The translations under genes were made by a program, and so were the position numbers. A stretch of 64,000 nt of DNA from a virus (lineage: Duplodnaviria > Caudoviricetes), in the IMG/VR virus record IMGVR_UViG_3300001525_000506, positions 11,552 to 75,551 of that record, one strand, 5' to 3'. Below the pieces are notes generated by a model that was not told the DNA's origin, searched no databases, and saw only the letters and a program-made list of their open reading frames with translations. Below are positions 63,570 to 64,000 of the stretch, piece after piece (the stretch's first letter is position 1; every line of letters starts with the position of its first letter).

Positions 63570-64000
63570 AATGTTTCACAAAAAGTCTATCGTTAAGAAA
63601 AGTGCCTCAAAAGAATCAAAAGAACAGTAGAAAGAAAAAGGTACGTAGTACCTACAAAGAAAGAGGAAAGAAAAGTTGTGAAACATTGGCTTGACAAGTA
63701 AAACTATATTTATTATATAAATATAGAAAAATTTTTTGAGCAACATGTTCCCATTTGATTTCGAGTATTAGCCTCAGGTATATCGTATGTATATATTCGT
63801 ATATATATTAACATATATATACTCTATATCCATACTCATACCATGAGGCGTATTCTTATTTTTTTTTTGCTTTCCGTACGCGATGAAGTAAAATCGTGAG
63901 GGAACAAAATGAAAATGAACTACTTGCGCGCGGAAACGTTACGAAAATGAGCCGTACGTCTAATGGTATGAGTATATTTATGAGTATATATATGTTAATA
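63570..64000. repeat. Repeat unit U2 (truncated by window edge)
   Basis: Diverged direct copy of 411-~845; left arm 63741-63852, right arm from 63955. Confidence 0.9.

Noticed and set aside
411-64000. U1/U2 as assembly overlap or a classical direct terminal repeat (genome length 63,159 bp)
   Set aside because: The copies are clearly diverged, their upstream flanks (1-410 vs 63170-63569) are unrelated, and no portal is present between them.

Overview
The window is an internal 64-kb slice of a dsDNA tailed phage genome that probably infects a gut-type Bacillota host. The host call is an inference from sigmaA-type promoters, a clostridial-like tandem-OB SSB and a clostridial-like GAPDH relic. 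Almost every gene is on the minus strand, and long genes read through in code 11. In minus-strand order the modules are: minor head, scaffold(s) and major capsid (62.97-58.6 kb); a cassette of putative head-packaged effectors (ART-like, zeta-like kinase, macrodomain; 58.5-54.8 kb); connector, short tail and fibre genes ending in a catalytically dead GAPDH homologue (54-40.7 kb); membrane genes with no visible endolysin (40.7-37.5 kb); a non-coding RNA operon containing an 81-nt tmRNA reduced to its tRNA-like domain (37.5-37.1 kb); a self-promoted 7-gene cassette of unknown function (37.0-34.2 kb); a stand-alone ~150-nt structured RNA; a second adhesin module with BspA-type LRRs (34-28.5 kb); replication/recombination genes with TerL embedded (25.9-16.5 kb); and a long accessory arm of small, partly paralogous ORFs with a C5 methyltransferase. 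I found no portal, integrase or endolysin, and a gene runs off the left edge, so the genome extends beyond the window. Both ends carry a diverged ~0.5-kb direct repeat whose palindromic arms match crosswise. The strongest candidates for undescribed biology are the mini-tmRNA/tRNA-like RNA operon, the pseudo-GAPDH in the fibre operon, the crosswise terminal repeats, the 7-gene cassette and the post-capsid effector cassette. All functional calls are by eye from motifs; no database searches were run.
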